This document shows positions 39,368-49,251 of a DNA stretch of 64,000 nucleotides, in pieces; position 1 is the first letter of the stretch, and every line of letters starts with the position of its first letter. Made by a program: the position numbers and the translations under genes. Below the pieces are notes generated by a model. That model was not told where the DNA came from and made no database searches. It saw nothing but the letters and a program-made list of their open reading frames with translations. Source of the stretch: an uncultured Acidobacteriota bacterium (GTDB lineage: Bacteria > Acidobacteriota > Thermoanaerobaculia > Multivoradales > UBA5704); the NCBI GenBank assembly GCA_963770895.1, contig CAVYRF010000001.1:1312001-1376000 (forward strand), given 5' to 3'.

Positions 39368-39513
39368 GGCGTTCCGCGATGGCAGAGCAGGTGGTCTGTG
39401 CCGGATAGATTAACACCGCCTCGCCTGCCCTCGCGGGCGAGGGCGGCGGTTGCTCCCTGCCGGGAGTGCCGGGCCAGGCGACAGCCCCGGCCTCCTCCGC
39501 GATATCGTTTCGA

Positions 39514-40260
39514 CTACCCGGCGGCTGCCGGCCGGGGCGTGGGGGGCGGTGCCGCCGGTGCCGGCTGCGCCGCGGGCGGGCGCTGGGACGCCGGCGGCGC
39601 CGGGCGCGGTGGCGGCGCGGGCGCCTCGACGTCGATGGCGACGGCGCGCGAGCTTGCGGCGGCGCCCGTCGCGTCCCAGGCTCTGGCCTGCACGGTGTGG
39701 TTGCCGGCCGGCAGGCTCACCGCCGTATCGACCGAGCGCGAGCCGCTCTGCTGGTAGATGCGCTGGTCGTCGGCGTACAGGGCGAAGCCGGTGATGCGAT
39801 GGCAGCTGGCGGCGCTGGCGGTGAAGTGCACCGGCGTCGGCTCGCTGCCGCCTTCGGGGGAGTCCAGGCTGACGGTGAAACCGGTGCAGGTCCCGGCGGT
39901 GACGGCGAGCACCGTCGAGCTGTAGTCGCCGGTCGAATCCCAGGCGAAGACCGCCAGCTCGTGGTCGCCGGTCGTGAGGTTCAGGCTGGTGTTGAGGACG
40001 CTTGCGGGGCCAGGAGTGCCGAACACCGACACGCCGTCGACGTAGACCTGCCAGCCGGTCACCTGGGCGCCCGACGCATCGGTGGCCGCCGTGGCGGCGA
40101 TGCCGATGGGCGAGGCGAGGGTGTCGCCGTCGAACGGCCGATTGATGGTGATGCTCACCGTGGCGCCGGCAGGCGCCGCGGCCAGCGTCATGCCGGCTAC
40201 GCTCAGGGTCAAAAAGGCCAGGACGGAGACGTTTGCCGGCTGCCTGCTGCTGCGCATCAA
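39514..40260 (-). CDS. Secreted protein with two bacterial Ig-like repeats and a Pro-rich tail
   Basis: GGAGG RBS; signal peptide; repeated 'YVD/YADD...G.H....AWD..G' units. Confidence 0.75.
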   Translation of the reverse strand: MMRSSRQPANVSVLAFLTLSVAGMTLAAAPAGATVSITINRPFDGDTLASPIGIAATAATDASGAQVTGWQVYVDGVSVFGTPGPASVLNTSLNLTTGDHELAVFAWDSTGDYSSTVLAVTAGTCTGFTVSLDSPEGGSEPTPVHFTASAASCHRITGFALYADDQRIYQQSGSRSVDTAVSLPAGNHTVQARAWDATGAAASSRAVAIDVEAPAPPPRPAPPASQRPPAAQPAPAAPPPTPRPAAAG

Positions 40261-40452
40261 GGCACCTCCAAGGATGGGAACCTCCCATCAACTCAACCCC
40301 GGCCATGATCGCACACCGCGGGGGCGGCCGTCACAGGCCGGCCGGCGCTTGCAATTGGCGGGCAGGCGGCCCGCGGAGGCTGGTCGCGATGAGGGGGGTT
40401 GTGCCGCCGCGGACCGCCGCCCACCTCCTAGACGGCGGTCGGCGCCGATTGG

Positions 40453-42657
40453 CTACGGTTGGGGCGGAAGAAAAGTCGGGCGCGCGCCGGGCGGAAATCC
40501 CGCAAAGCGCGCCGGCGCCGCCAGGGCAAGCGGCGTGGTGCGACCCACCGCGGCTTGGCGGATCGCGCCGCCCGCGGCCGGGGCCGGCTGGTCGACCAGG
40601 CGTAGCGCCGGCACGCCGGGTTCGGGAAGGCGCTCGTAGACGCGGATGAAGAAGCGCCCGGCGCCCACCGGGGCGGTGGGGCGAGCCCAGCCGAACGAGG
40701 CGGCCAGCGCGTAGTGGCGCTCGACCGCCTGCCACAGCGCGACGTAGTAGTCGGCGCCGAAGCTGGCCGGCCCGTATTCGCTGGTGGGCCGGTTGCACAG
40801 CAGCACGAAGCGCGGGCCGGCGCGCTCGATCCGCGCGACGGCTTCGGCTTCGCTCGCGCGGTCGCAGACCCCCGGCAGCATCTCGTCCTGGCGCAGCGGG
40901 TTGCGCAGGCCGGTGAGGAAGTTGAAAAAGCCGCTTTCGGGGAAGGCGGTCAGCTCGTCGCCGGGCTGGGCGCGCCGCTCCAGGTAGACCAGGGTGTGGT
41001 CGATGGCGGCGGCCTCGCGGGTCGGCAGCCACAGCGTGCCGTCGCGGGTCGCCAGCGCCGCCGTGTGCGGGCGGTGCTCGACACGGTCGAGCCGGTACAG
41101 AAAGATGGCGACAGCGATCGCCAGCGCGGCGATCAGGCGCCGCCGGAAGACCGCGGGTTGCGGCAGGCGAGGGGCCAGGCCGTCCAGGGCGAGCACCGCC
41201 ATGGCGGCAAGCAGGCCGGGCAGCGGCAGCGTCGCGTAGGGGCCCATCTTGGGGCCCACGGCCAAGCCCAGCACGACCCGCACCGCGACGCCGGCGCTCC
41301 AGGCGAACAGCAGGAAGCGCGCCCTGTCGCGGCCGGCAAGCGGCCGGCGCAGCAGCCAGCAGGCGGCCAGCGCCGCCAGCGATGGCAGGATGACGGTGAA
41401 CGGCGGCAGGTTTTTGAACGGCTCCGCGTAGGGGCTCTCCAGGTAGGCGACGACCACCGCCAGCATCAGCGCCGGGAACAGCAGGGCGCGGGTACCGCGT
41501 CGCACCAGCTGGCGCAGCCGCCCGCCGGCGGCGCCGCCGGCGCCGGCAGGCAGCGCCTCGTGGTCGAGCGAATCCACCAGGGCCGGTGCCACCAGCGACA
41601 CCTGCCGCATCGACACCTCCTGCAGGAGCGGCGAGGTCGCCCCCGGCCCCGCCCCCGACATCGCGCGCCGCCCCGCCGCCCCCGGCCGAGGCAGGGCCAC
41701 CAGGCCCAGCATCGCCAGCAGGAAGCCGTCGATCAGCAGCGACAGAGACAGCGTGCCGGCCGTCTTCCAGGGGGCGTCCAGACCGGCGACGTGCAGGTAG
41801 AGCTTGTTCCATTCCGGCGGCGTGCCGGCGAAATGGGTGAGCGGGCCGTTGCGGCTGAGATCGCGCCAGTCCAGTCCCCACATCGACACGGCGTAGAGGG
41901 CGCCGGCAAGCAGGCTCCCCGCGAGCGCCACCACCAGGGCGTCGCGCAGCGTCTCCCGTCGAGGACGCGACCGACCTCCGCAGACCACAACGGCGAGCAG
42001 CGCGGCCATGCCGACTTCGACGCGCGCCGCGAGCGCCACCGCCAGGCCTGCCGCGGCGAGCGCCCGCCAGGCGCCGCGTGACGGCAGGCAGACCATCCAG
42101 AGCGCCAGGAGCGCTCCGGCCAGGGCAAGCAGGCCCGAGGTGGAGTAGGGGAAGATGAACGCACCGCCGTTTGGCGCTCCCATGCAGAGGGCCGCCGCCA
42201 GGGTGGTGCCGGTGACCGCCGCCAGCCGGCCGCCGGCCCGCAGCGTCACCTGGTAGAGCAGGGCAAAGATGGCGCACGACAGGACCAGGCAGAGTGCCTC
42301 GAGCACGACCAGGTGGCTGCCGAAAAGCCGCAGCGCCGCGGCGTTGAGCCAGGGGCCCAGCGGCCCGTAGTAGTAGGTGATGTCGTGGTACAGGCGCTCG
42401 CCGTGGGCCAGCCGCCACGGCACGTCCATCTCCCGACCTGAATCGACGAACGGGTTGATCCAGGTGCCCCACGACACGGCGAGCGATGCGCCGCCGGCGA
42501 GCACCGGCAGCAGCACCGCCACCGCCGCCGCGGCCCAGGAGCGCAGCGGCGGTCGGGTGCGCGTCGTCCCCGCGCCCGTCGCCAACGTGCCGTGCGCCGC
42601 CGCCGGCGGAGCCGGCGCGGCACCGGCGGAGGGGCTGAGATGGGCTTTCGCTGGCAC
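40453..42657 (-). CDS. Integral membrane glycosyltransferase (GT-C / ArnT-like); start uncertain
   Basis: 'DSGREMDVPWRL..GE.LY.D..YYYGPL', many TM segments, periplasmic C-terminal domain (FPE...NFLT...NPLR). Confidence 0.7.
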   Translation of the reverse strand: MPAKAHLSPSAGAAPAPPAAAHGTLATGAGTTRTRPPLRSWAAAAVAVLLPVLAGGASLAVSWGTWINPFVDSGREMDVPWRLAHGERLYHDITYYYGPLGPWLNAAALRLFGSHLVVLEALCLVLSCAIFALLYQVTLRAGGRLAAVTGTTLAAALCMGAPNGGAFIFPYSTSGLLALAGALLALWMVCLPSRGAWRALAAAGLAVALAARVEVGMAALLAVVVCGGRSRPRRETLRDALVVALAGSLLAGALYAVSMWGLDWRDLSRNGPLTHFAGTPPEWNKLYLHVAGLDAPWKTAGTLSLSLLIDGFLLAMLGLVALPRPGAAGRRAMSGAGPGATSPLLQEVSMRQVSLVAPALVDSLDHEALPAGAGGAAGGRLRQLVRRGTRALLFPALMLAVVVAYLESPYAEPFKNLPPFTVILPSLAALAACWLLRRPLAGRDRARFLLFAWSAGVAVRVVLGLAVGPKMGPYATLPLPGLLAAMAVLALDGLAPRLPQPAVFRRRLIAALAIAVAIFLYRLDRVEHRPHTAALATRDGTLWLPTREAAAIDHTLVYLERRAQPGDELTAFPESGFFNFLTGLRNPLRQDEMLPGVCDRASEAEAVARIERAGPRFVLLCNRPTSEYGPASFGADYYVALWQAVERHYALAASFGWARPTAPVGAGRFFIRVYERLPEPGVPALRLVDQPAPAAGGAIRQAAVGRTTPLALAAPARFAGFPPGARPTFLPPQP

Positions 42658-43066
42658 GGCGCTCGTGGGCTGGGGTGGGCGTCGGTCGGATGCGATTTGG
42701 TTGTAAGCGCGATCGAGCCGGGGGCCTCGGACTACGGGCAAAGCCCAGGCTCGTCGCGAGCGCTGTGCAAGAACGAGTCCAGGCTGGCGGCCGGTCCTGG
42801 CCCCGTCGCCGGATGGCGGCGCCGCTCGCTTCCGAAACTCTCCAAGACAGGCCATTGGTGCCCCGTCACAAAGCGGCGCACCGCCGGCCGCCGCCTGGCT
42901 GACAGGGCCCCCGATGGCTCAGGCGCCGCATCCGCGGCACCGGTCGAGCCCGGCCCTACTTACCTACCTGGACGGAACCGCGGGCTGAAAAACTGCATCG
43001 CCCACGTGTGACGCCGTTTCGTGTCTGCACCGGGCCGGTCGACAGTCGGCCGGCTGGCCCGGGGCA

Positions 43067-43234
43067 CTAGTGGCCTGTCCTGGAGAATTCGAAAGCGGCT
43101 GGCGCCGCCATTCGGCGGCGGGGGCCAGGCGCGCCGACGCAGGCATAGTCGGAACTATGTCGAGCAGGCGCAACGCCGCACCCGCCGTCGAGGGCAAGCC
43201 AGGCGCTTTCGATTCGAACAGGACAGGCCACTAG
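43067..43234. mobile_element. 168-bp palindromic MITE-like element, copy 1
   Basis: Terminal inverted repeats CTAGTGGCCTGTCCTG ... CAGGACAGGCCACTAG; homologous copy at 53323-53490. Confidence 0.85.
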
Positions 43235-43719
43235 ATCCGGCAGGTGGCCTGGCCGCGCTTTTCGAGATACTGCTGGTGGTATTCCTCGGCGCGGTAAAAG
43301 GTGGAGGCTGGGGTGATCTCGGTGACGATGGGGCGCTTGTAGGCCCCCGACCGCTCCAGCTGGAGCTTGGAGGCGAGCGCCGCGGCCTGCTGCTCGGGAG
43401 TGCTGAAAAAGGCCGCGGAGCGGTACTGCGAGCCGACGTCGGGGCCCTGACGGTTGAGGGTCGTCGGGTCGTGGTTCTCCCAGAAGACGCGCAGCAGGTC
43501 GGCGTAGGTCGCCTTGGCGGGGTCGAACTCCACCTGCACCACTTCCGCATGGCCGGTGCGGCCGGAGCAGACGTCGTGGTAGGTGGGATTGGGATAGGTG
43601 CCGCCGGAGTAGCCGACATGGGTGGCCGTGACCCCCGGAACGGCGCGGAAGGCTGCCTCGACACCCCAAAAACAACCCGCTGCGAACAGGGCAGTCTCGG
43701 TTGCGGTGGCTTTGTCCAT
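43231..43719 (-). CDS. msrA: Peptide-methionine (S)-S-oxide reductase
   Basis: [29 protein letters not shown]. Confidence 0.97.
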   Translation of the reverse strand: MDKATATETALFAAGCFWGVEAAFRAVPGVTATHVGYSGGTYPNPTYHDVCSGRTGHAEVVQVEFDPAKATYADLLRVFWENHDPTTLNRQGPDVGSQYRSAAFFSTPEQQAAALASKLQLERSGAYKRPIVTEITPASTFYRAEEYHQQYLEKRGQATCRI

Positions 43720-43985
43720 GGCGTGCGCTCTCCTCAAGAGATCGTGCCGTACGCGGCACAGCCGACTGTGCCCGCCGGCAGCTGCGGTTCAGTATATGCC
43801 GGGACGAGCCCGGCCGCACCGCACGCCAGCCTTCGCCCACCCGCATCTGCCGGGACTGGCCGGGCGGGAGCAGCTGCCGCACCGCGGGCAAGGCGGGGCG
43901 GCAGCGCGTTGAGCGGCCCGCTCGGTCGATTCGCCTGTGCAGCCGCGCCAGCGAATGGCGTGCGAGGGGTGGTGCGGGACAGCGG

Positions 43986-44363
43986 TCAGCGACAGGTCAC
44001 CTTCATCGAGGCGACCCCGGCGCGGTTCACCGGCTGGATGATGTACTGCGGGTAGAGCTTGGGCGCCGGCTCGAGGGTGTAGCGCGGATCGAATGCCGGC
44101 TGGAAGGCGCGGCCGAGGAGCTGCGGCACGGTGCCCGCGGCGCTGCACCCGAATACGTTGGCGTACCACGTCCCCGGCGGATTGGTCCACGTCACGTCGC
44201 CGCTGGCCGGTGGAGTCACGGTCTGCGTGGCGGGCGGGGTGTCGGGCGTGTAGTCCTTCTGACTCATCACGCCGAGCTCGCCGACGGTCACGGTGCCGCC
44301 CTGGTTGAACAGCCCTCGGCCCAATGGCCTGCCGTACTCCTCGGCCGAGCAGCCGAGGGCCAT
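43986..44363 (-). CDS. Hypothetical protein, possibly a fragment
   Basis: Follows the Asd-like gene on the same strand; coding-like codon bias; no recognised family. Confidence 0.45.
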   Translation of the reverse strand: MALGCSAEEYGRPLGRGLFNQGGTVTVGELGVMSQKDYTPDTPPATQTVTPPASGDVTWTNPPGTWYANVFGCSAAGTVPQLLGRAFQPAFDPRYTLEPAPKLYPQYIIQPVNRAGVASMKVTCR

Positions 44364-44376
44364 GGGGGTGCCGCCT

Positions 44377-45333
44377 TCAGTGGACGGCGGTAGCGATCTC
44401 GATGGCGTTGACGGCGCCGCCGCGCGTCAGGTTGTCCATCGCCGCCCACAGCCACACGCCGGTGCCGTGCGTGTGCACCGTTCCCACCAGCACCTTATCG
44501 CTGGCCGCCGCGTCGATCGGCCCCAGATGGCGCGGGTCGGCGGCGGCCTCCACGTAGGGGCTGGCGGCGAGCGCCTTGCGCAACGCCGACTGGCTGGGCG
44601 GCGTGGCGCATTGCAGGTGCAGGCTCAGCGCCAGGCAGTGGAAGGCGCTGCCCTGGAGCAGCTGCACCGACAGGTCGGGCAGCGTCCCCAAAACCGTTGC
44701 AACTTCGGCGGCGACGGCTTCGGCGCGCGCTTCGCCGCCGGCGGCGGGCAGCAGATTGAACGCCAGCTGAGCGCCGAAGACCTTGGAGCGTTGGCGCGGC
44801 GTCATGGCGACGATCTGCCGCGACTGCTCGAACAGCTCCTCGATGCCGGCGTCGTCGTGCAGGGACGCCGGCTGGACGATCGTGGCGACGGCCTGGCGCA
44901 CGTCGAACACCGCCAGCGGGTGCAGCAGGTGGGCCAGCATCACGGTGGCGGGATGGGGCGACAGCAGGACGTTGCCGGCCGAAGACGCCGGGCGCGTATT
45001 GATGCCCGCCACCACCGGGTAGCCGTCGCCCGGTGCCGCGTCAGGGGACAGCACGACGCCGGTCGCGTCCGGCGGCAGGCTGGCGAGAAGCGGGCGGGTG
45101 ACGGCGACCGGACCGCAGAAAAACGCCACCGACACACCCTGCAGGCTGTCCGGCTCGCAGCGGTTGACGATCGCCGCGGCGCCGCCGATCTCGGTGAGCG
45201 TGCCGATCTCCTCTTCGACGGTCGACAGCAGGCGGATCTCCTGCCAGGGGAGGTCGGCCACGCCGCGCCCCAGGGTTTCGCGCAGCTCCTTGCCCAACAG
45301 GTTGGCGGGATGGAGGATGGCGAGCACGGTCAT
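44377..45333 (-). CDS. Aspartate-semialdehyde dehydrogenase-like protein, apparently non-catalytic
   Basis: LAFNLLP and W.A.DNLTRGGA.NA motifs are kept; the catalytic NPNC is replaced by SPHP. Confidence 0.8.
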   Translation of the reverse strand: MTVLAILHPANLLGKELRETLGRGVADLPWQEIRLLSTVEEEIGTLTEIGGAAAIVNRCEPDSLQGVSVAFFCGPVAVTRPLLASLPPDATGVVLSPDAAPGDGYPVVAGINTRPASSAGNVLLSPHPATVMLAHLLHPLAVFDVRQAVATIVQPASLHDDAGIEELFEQSRQIVAMTPRQRSKVFGAQLAFNLLPAAGGEARAEAVAAEVATVLGTLPDLSVQLLQGSAFHCLALSLHLQCATPPSQSALRKALAASPYVEAAADPRHLGPIDAAASDKVLVGTVHTHGTGVWLWAAMDNLTRGGAVNAIEIATAVH

Positions 45334-45334
45334 G

Positions 45335-46225
45335 TTATCGAGTGGCCTCCCGCGGTTGCGGCGCGCCGGCGCCGGGGTCGCCATCGGGCGGGCCGGCGGC
45401 GGTGTCGCCGGGGCCGGAGGTCGCCGCTTGAGCCGGCGCGGACGCCGGGAACGTCGGGGGCGGGGGCGGCGGCAGCCCTGGCCGGCGGCGCAGGCGGCCC
45501 CAGACGTAGCCGGCCGGCGCCGACAGGGTGTACAGGATGGCAATCGCCAAAAAGGTTGCCTGCGGGATGGTGCAGACCACCACCAGGACGGCGGCGATCG
45601 GCAGCGCCATGCGGTAGCTCCAGCGCTGCCGCAGGTCGACCTTCTTGAGGCTGGGGTAGCGGAACGTCGACACCATCAGGGCGCCGATGAGCACCAGCAC
45701 CACCGCCAGCAAGGCCTTCAGCCAGTCGCGCGCCTCGGCGTCGGGGGCGAAGAAGAGGATCGAGCAGATGGCGCCTGCCGCGGCCGGCGTCGGCAGGCCG
45801 ACGAAGAAGCGGCTGTCCACCTGCTTGACCTGGACGTTGAAGCGCGCCAGGCGGCTGGCGGTGGTGACGACGAAAAACAGCGGCAGCAGCCAGGCACGCG
45901 GCGCCAGGTCCTTGACGCCCCACAGGTAGCTGAGCAGCGCCGGCGCCATGCCGAAGGTGAGCAGGTCGGCCAGCGAGTCGAACTCCTTGCCGAACTCGGT
46001 CGCCGTGTTGGTCATCCGCGCGATGCCGCCGTCCAGGCTGTCGGTGATGCCGGCGATGAAGACCACCAGCGCCGCGCGGTGGAAGTTGCCGTGCAGGCCG
46101 CAGACGACGGCATAGAACCCCAGCAGGATGTTGCCGACCGTGAACAGGCTCGGCAGCACGTAGGCGCCGCGCCGCAAACGCGGCGACAGGGTGGGCCGCC
46201 GCGGGCGCGGTGCGGCCGTGGTCAT
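45335..46225 (-). CDS. pssA: CDP-diacylglycerol-serine O-phosphatidyltransferase
   Basis: LPSLFT.GN; D.LDG.IAR......FGKEFDSLAD...FG.AP; RLARFNV; F.GLPTPAAA. Confidence 0.93.
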   Translation of the reverse strand: MTTAAPRPRRPTLSPRLRRGAYVLPSLFTVGNILLGFYAVVCGLHGNFHRAALVVFIAGITDSLDGGIARMTNTATEFGKEFDSLADLLTFGMAPALLSYLWGVKDLAPRAWLLPLFFVVTTASRLARFNVQVKQVDSRFFVGLPTPAAAGAICSILFFAPDAEARDWLKALLAVVLVLIGALMVSTFRYPSLKKVDLRQRWSYRMALPIAAVLVVVCTIPQATFLAIAILYTLSAPAGYVWGRLRRRPGLPPPPPPTFPASAPAQAATSGPGDTAAGPPDGDPGAGAPQPREATR

Positions 46226-46911
46226 CGCGGTGCTCCGGGGGTGGGCGGCGGGGCCGGGCGGCCGTCCGGACCGGCGGCAGCGGTAGGAGCGGCGGCAACC
46301 GGAGTGGCACCGTTGCGCAGGCGGTCGCCGCGCTGGACCAGCACCCGGTAGTCGAGGGGCAGCACCAGGTCCACCCGCGACCCGAACTTGATCAGTCCCA
46401 TGGCCTGCCCGCGCGCCACCGGCATGCCGGCGGCCAGGTAGCACACCACCCGCCGCGCCAGCAGGCCGGCGATCTGGCGCACCGCCAACTGGTCGCCGTT
46501 GGGGCGCCGGATGACGCTGACCTGCATTTCGTTGATCTCGCCGGCGTCGGCGCGAAAGGCCGCCACCTTGCGGCCGCGGGCGTAGCGCGAGGTCACCACC
46601 TGGCCCGCCACCGGGGTCTTTTGCACGTGCACGTCGAACACCGACAGAAAGGTGACGATGCGCTGGTAGCGGCCCGGCCCCAGGTCGCGGTCCTCGACCT
46701 CTTCGACCGCGGTCACCAGCCCATCGGCGGCAGCCAGCACGATGCCGTCGTCGCCGTCGAAATGGCGACCGGGATCGCGAAAGAAGGCGAGCACGGCAAG
46801 GGAGGCAACCAGGGCCGCGATGGCCCAGCCGGCGAGGCCGGCGGCGAAGAGCAGCGCCGCCGCCGCGACGACCGGCAGCACGAACGGCCAGCCCTCCCTA
46901 GCGAAGCGCAT
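46222..46911 (-). CDS. psd: Phosphatidylserine decarboxylase
   Basis: FFRDP.R; FLSVFDVH; RQIAGL.ARR; GLIKFGSRVD self-cleavage motif. Confidence 0.93.
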   Translation of the reverse strand: MRFAREGWPFVLPVVAAAALLFAAGLAGWAIAALVASLAVLAFFRDPGRHFDGDDGIVLAAADGLVTAVEEVEDRDLGPGRYQRIVTFLSVFDVHVQKTPVAGQVVTSRYARGRKVAAFRADAGEINEMQVSVIRRPNGDQLAVRQIAGLLARRVVCYLAAGMPVARGQAMGLIKFGSRVDLVLPLDYRVLVQRGDRLRNGATPVAAAPTAAAGPDGRPAPPPTPGAPR

Positions 46912-46972
46912 GGTAGGCCAAGGAGGGGCGCATGGCGGTTCGGGCGTGGGTGGCGCGGGGCAAGGTCCGCGC

Positions 46973-47206
46973 TCAGACGGAGACGCGCGCCTCGTGATGG
47001 GCGCGCAGGATCTCCTCCATGCGGTCCTTGAGGGTCAGCTTGTGCAGCTTGATCTTCTTTTCCTCGACCTCGTCGTCCTGCGACAGGAGGGTCTTCTGGT
47101 TGATCTCGGCCAGCCGCCGCTCGTACTCGCGATGCTCCTCGTGCAGGAGGCGGAACTGCGCGTCGGTCTGGATCAGCTCTGCTTTCAGTTCGTCCCGATT
47201 GGACAT
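46973..47206 (-). CDS. DUF465 (YdcH-like) small coiled-coil protein
   Basis: F..L..EH...E.RL...EEK.IK..KL.LKD.M; AAGGAG RBS. Confidence 0.8.
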   Translation of the reverse strand: MSNRDELKAELIQTDAQFRLLHEEHREYERRLAEINQKTLLSQDDEVEEKKIKLHKLTLKDRMEEILRAHHEARVSV

Positions 47207-47531
47207 GCTTCGGATCTCCTTGAAAGTGGCATGACAAACATACCGGTCCGCGATGGACCGGGGCTGGAAGTGCTGCTGGAGGTAAGGCGGGGGGGAGGGG
47301 CAGGGGCCGGCTCACCGTGCCGCTACCTCTGCAAGGGTCTTTAAGCTCAGCACGCCGCGGCGATGCGGGAAGGCGGAAGGCGGGAGCAGGAGGCGAGCGG
47401 CGAACATGCTGACGGTAACCGCAGGATAGCACCGCGTTTTATGCTGGAGCAACCGCCGCGGAGAACCGATCGCCACCGGCCGCCCCGTCCGGCGCGGGAC
47501 GGAGCAGCCGTGTCTCAAACGGGGTGTCGTC

Positions 47532-47699
47532 CTACGGAGGGCAGGTGGCCCCGGCAAAGGACTTGCACTGGGTGCAATTGGTCTGGCAAACAGTGAAGTG
47601 GCTGGTCGGATCTCCACCGCCAATGGCAGAAAGATCATTCACCGAGAGGGCGCGGAGGGTATCCTTGGAAATCTTGAGCCGCTTCTGAGATTTGCGCAT
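47532..47699 (-). CDS. Lanthipeptide-like RiPP precursor peptide (55 aa)
   Basis: GGAG RBS; leader MRKSQKRLKISKDTLRALSVNDLSAIGG; core GDPTSHFTVCQTNCTQCKSFAGATCPP with 4 Cys and 7 Ser/Thr. Confidence 0.8.
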   Translation of the reverse strand: MRKSQKRLKISKDTLRALSVNDLSAIGGGDPTSHFTVCQTNCTQCKSFAGATCPP

Positions 47700-47849
47700 G
47701 TTATGTCTCCAAATTCGAAACGGTGCGGCACCATACCGCAACCACGAACGATAGTTTATACGTATGCCGAGCGCAATTCGCACAGGCAATGCAAAAAATG
47801 CCGCATCTTCAATGACTCGCGCCGTCCAGGGCCTCTCGCTGGCAGGTTC

Positions 47850-48200
47850 GCCCAGCCCCACCGCTACCTCAAGCGCCTGGCGGTGCGCGCGGCGGGCAAG
47901 ACGGTCTTCGTCGACGTTGCCGATCTCGATTGGATCGAGGCCGCCGAAAACTACGTCAAGCTCCATGCGGGCAAGACCGCCCACCTGCTGCAGGTGACCA
48001 TGTCCACCCTGGAGAGCGCCCTCGACCCCGAGCACTTCCTGCGCGTGCACCGTTCGGCGATCGTCAACGTCGAGCGCATCAAGGAGCTGCAGCCGCTCGT
48101 CCACGGCGAGTACGCGATCACCCTCGCCGGCGGCGCCCGCCTGCGCTCGGGCCGGACCTACCACGACCGCCTGGCCGCCCTGACCGCCAACCCGTTCTGA
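47850..48200 (+). pseudogene. LytTR DNA-binding domain fragment (receiver domain missing)
   Basis: YLKRLAV...DWIEAAENYV.LH...LDP..FLRVHRS.IVN; no receiver domain or plausible start upstream. Confidence 0.75.
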
Positions 48201-48356
48201 TCGCCCCTCCCCGCGATCGCCCCCTGCGGCGGCGGCCGGCACCGGCCGGCACCGCGCGCCGGCCGGTTCGTCCCGCCCGGCGGCCGGTTGGTCAAGTTCT
48301 GGTTCCACTGCGCAGCGCCGCGGGCGAAGCTCTCCTCACCACAGAGGAGATCCAAG

Positions 48357-48860
48357 ATGAGTGCAGCCGGAAATACTGCGCTTGCCGCCGTTGCCCTGTC
48401 CCAGCCAGACGCCGTGCCTTCAGCCGCCGCGCCGCCGCCGGCCGCCGTGCCACTGCCGGTCGCCGTGCCGCCGGCCGCGGACAGCGTGTCCGTGGGCGCC
48501 CTGCGTGCCGGTCTCACGCTGCTGGTCCTGGCCCACCATGCCGCCCTCGCCTACCATCCCGACGCCCCGCCGGCCCCCGCCTCGCTGCTCACCCAACCGC
48601 GCTGGTGGGGCGCCTTCCCGGTCGTCGATCCCGCGCGCTGGGCGCCCGTCCGCCTGTTCGCCGGCTTCAACGACACCTTCTTCATGGCGCTGCTGTTCCT
48701 GGTCTCGGGCCTCTTCGTATGGCAAGGCCTGGTGCGCTCCGGCAGCGCCGCATTCCTGCGCCGGCGGGGGTGCGGCATCGCCGTCGCCGGCACGGTCGCC
48801 ATAGCCTGGGGCGCCACCGCCGTCCTGAGGCGCATCCCCGCCGTCGCGCGGGTGATCTAG
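48357..48860 (+). pseudogene. Acyltransferase-3 (OpgC-like) gene with a large internal deletion
   Basis: AGGAG RBS; LRA..T.LV..HH...Y and FND.FFM.L.F..SG.F, then a jump directly to a C-terminal 'W..TA.LRRIP.VARVI'. Confidence 0.7.
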
Positions 48861-49251
48861 CAGACAGGTGGCCGGAGCCGGGCGCACTGGCTTCGAATTG
48901 ACTGAGAGAGTTGGTGATCGGGGTCGCCGCGACCGCGGCCCGGATCGCATCCTTTTCCACGTCACGCAGGCTTCGTGACCGACGGTTGTGATCGGATCGA
49001 ATCGCGCGGGGCTGGAAAAGGCCCGATCGCGTCCGTCCTTTGCAAGCGAAGGACGTTCGCCGATGAGCCCGAGCTGCCCCCCCAACCTCGCCCACATCCG
49101 CCGCGACGCTCGTCGCTCCGATTGTCCACCGATCGATGCGATGCTAAGGATATGCTTGGCGTATCGAAAACGTGAGCAGTTCGCGGCATGCCATCACAAC
49201 CCATCCCTCGGTCCGAGCCGCCAGCGCGACGTCGATGCCGCGGCTGAAACG

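Noticed and set aside
47532-48308. 258-aa minus-strand ORF as a single gene
   Set aside because: Most of it is antisense to the LytTR fragment; only the last 55 codons have an RBS and a recognisable precursor pattern.
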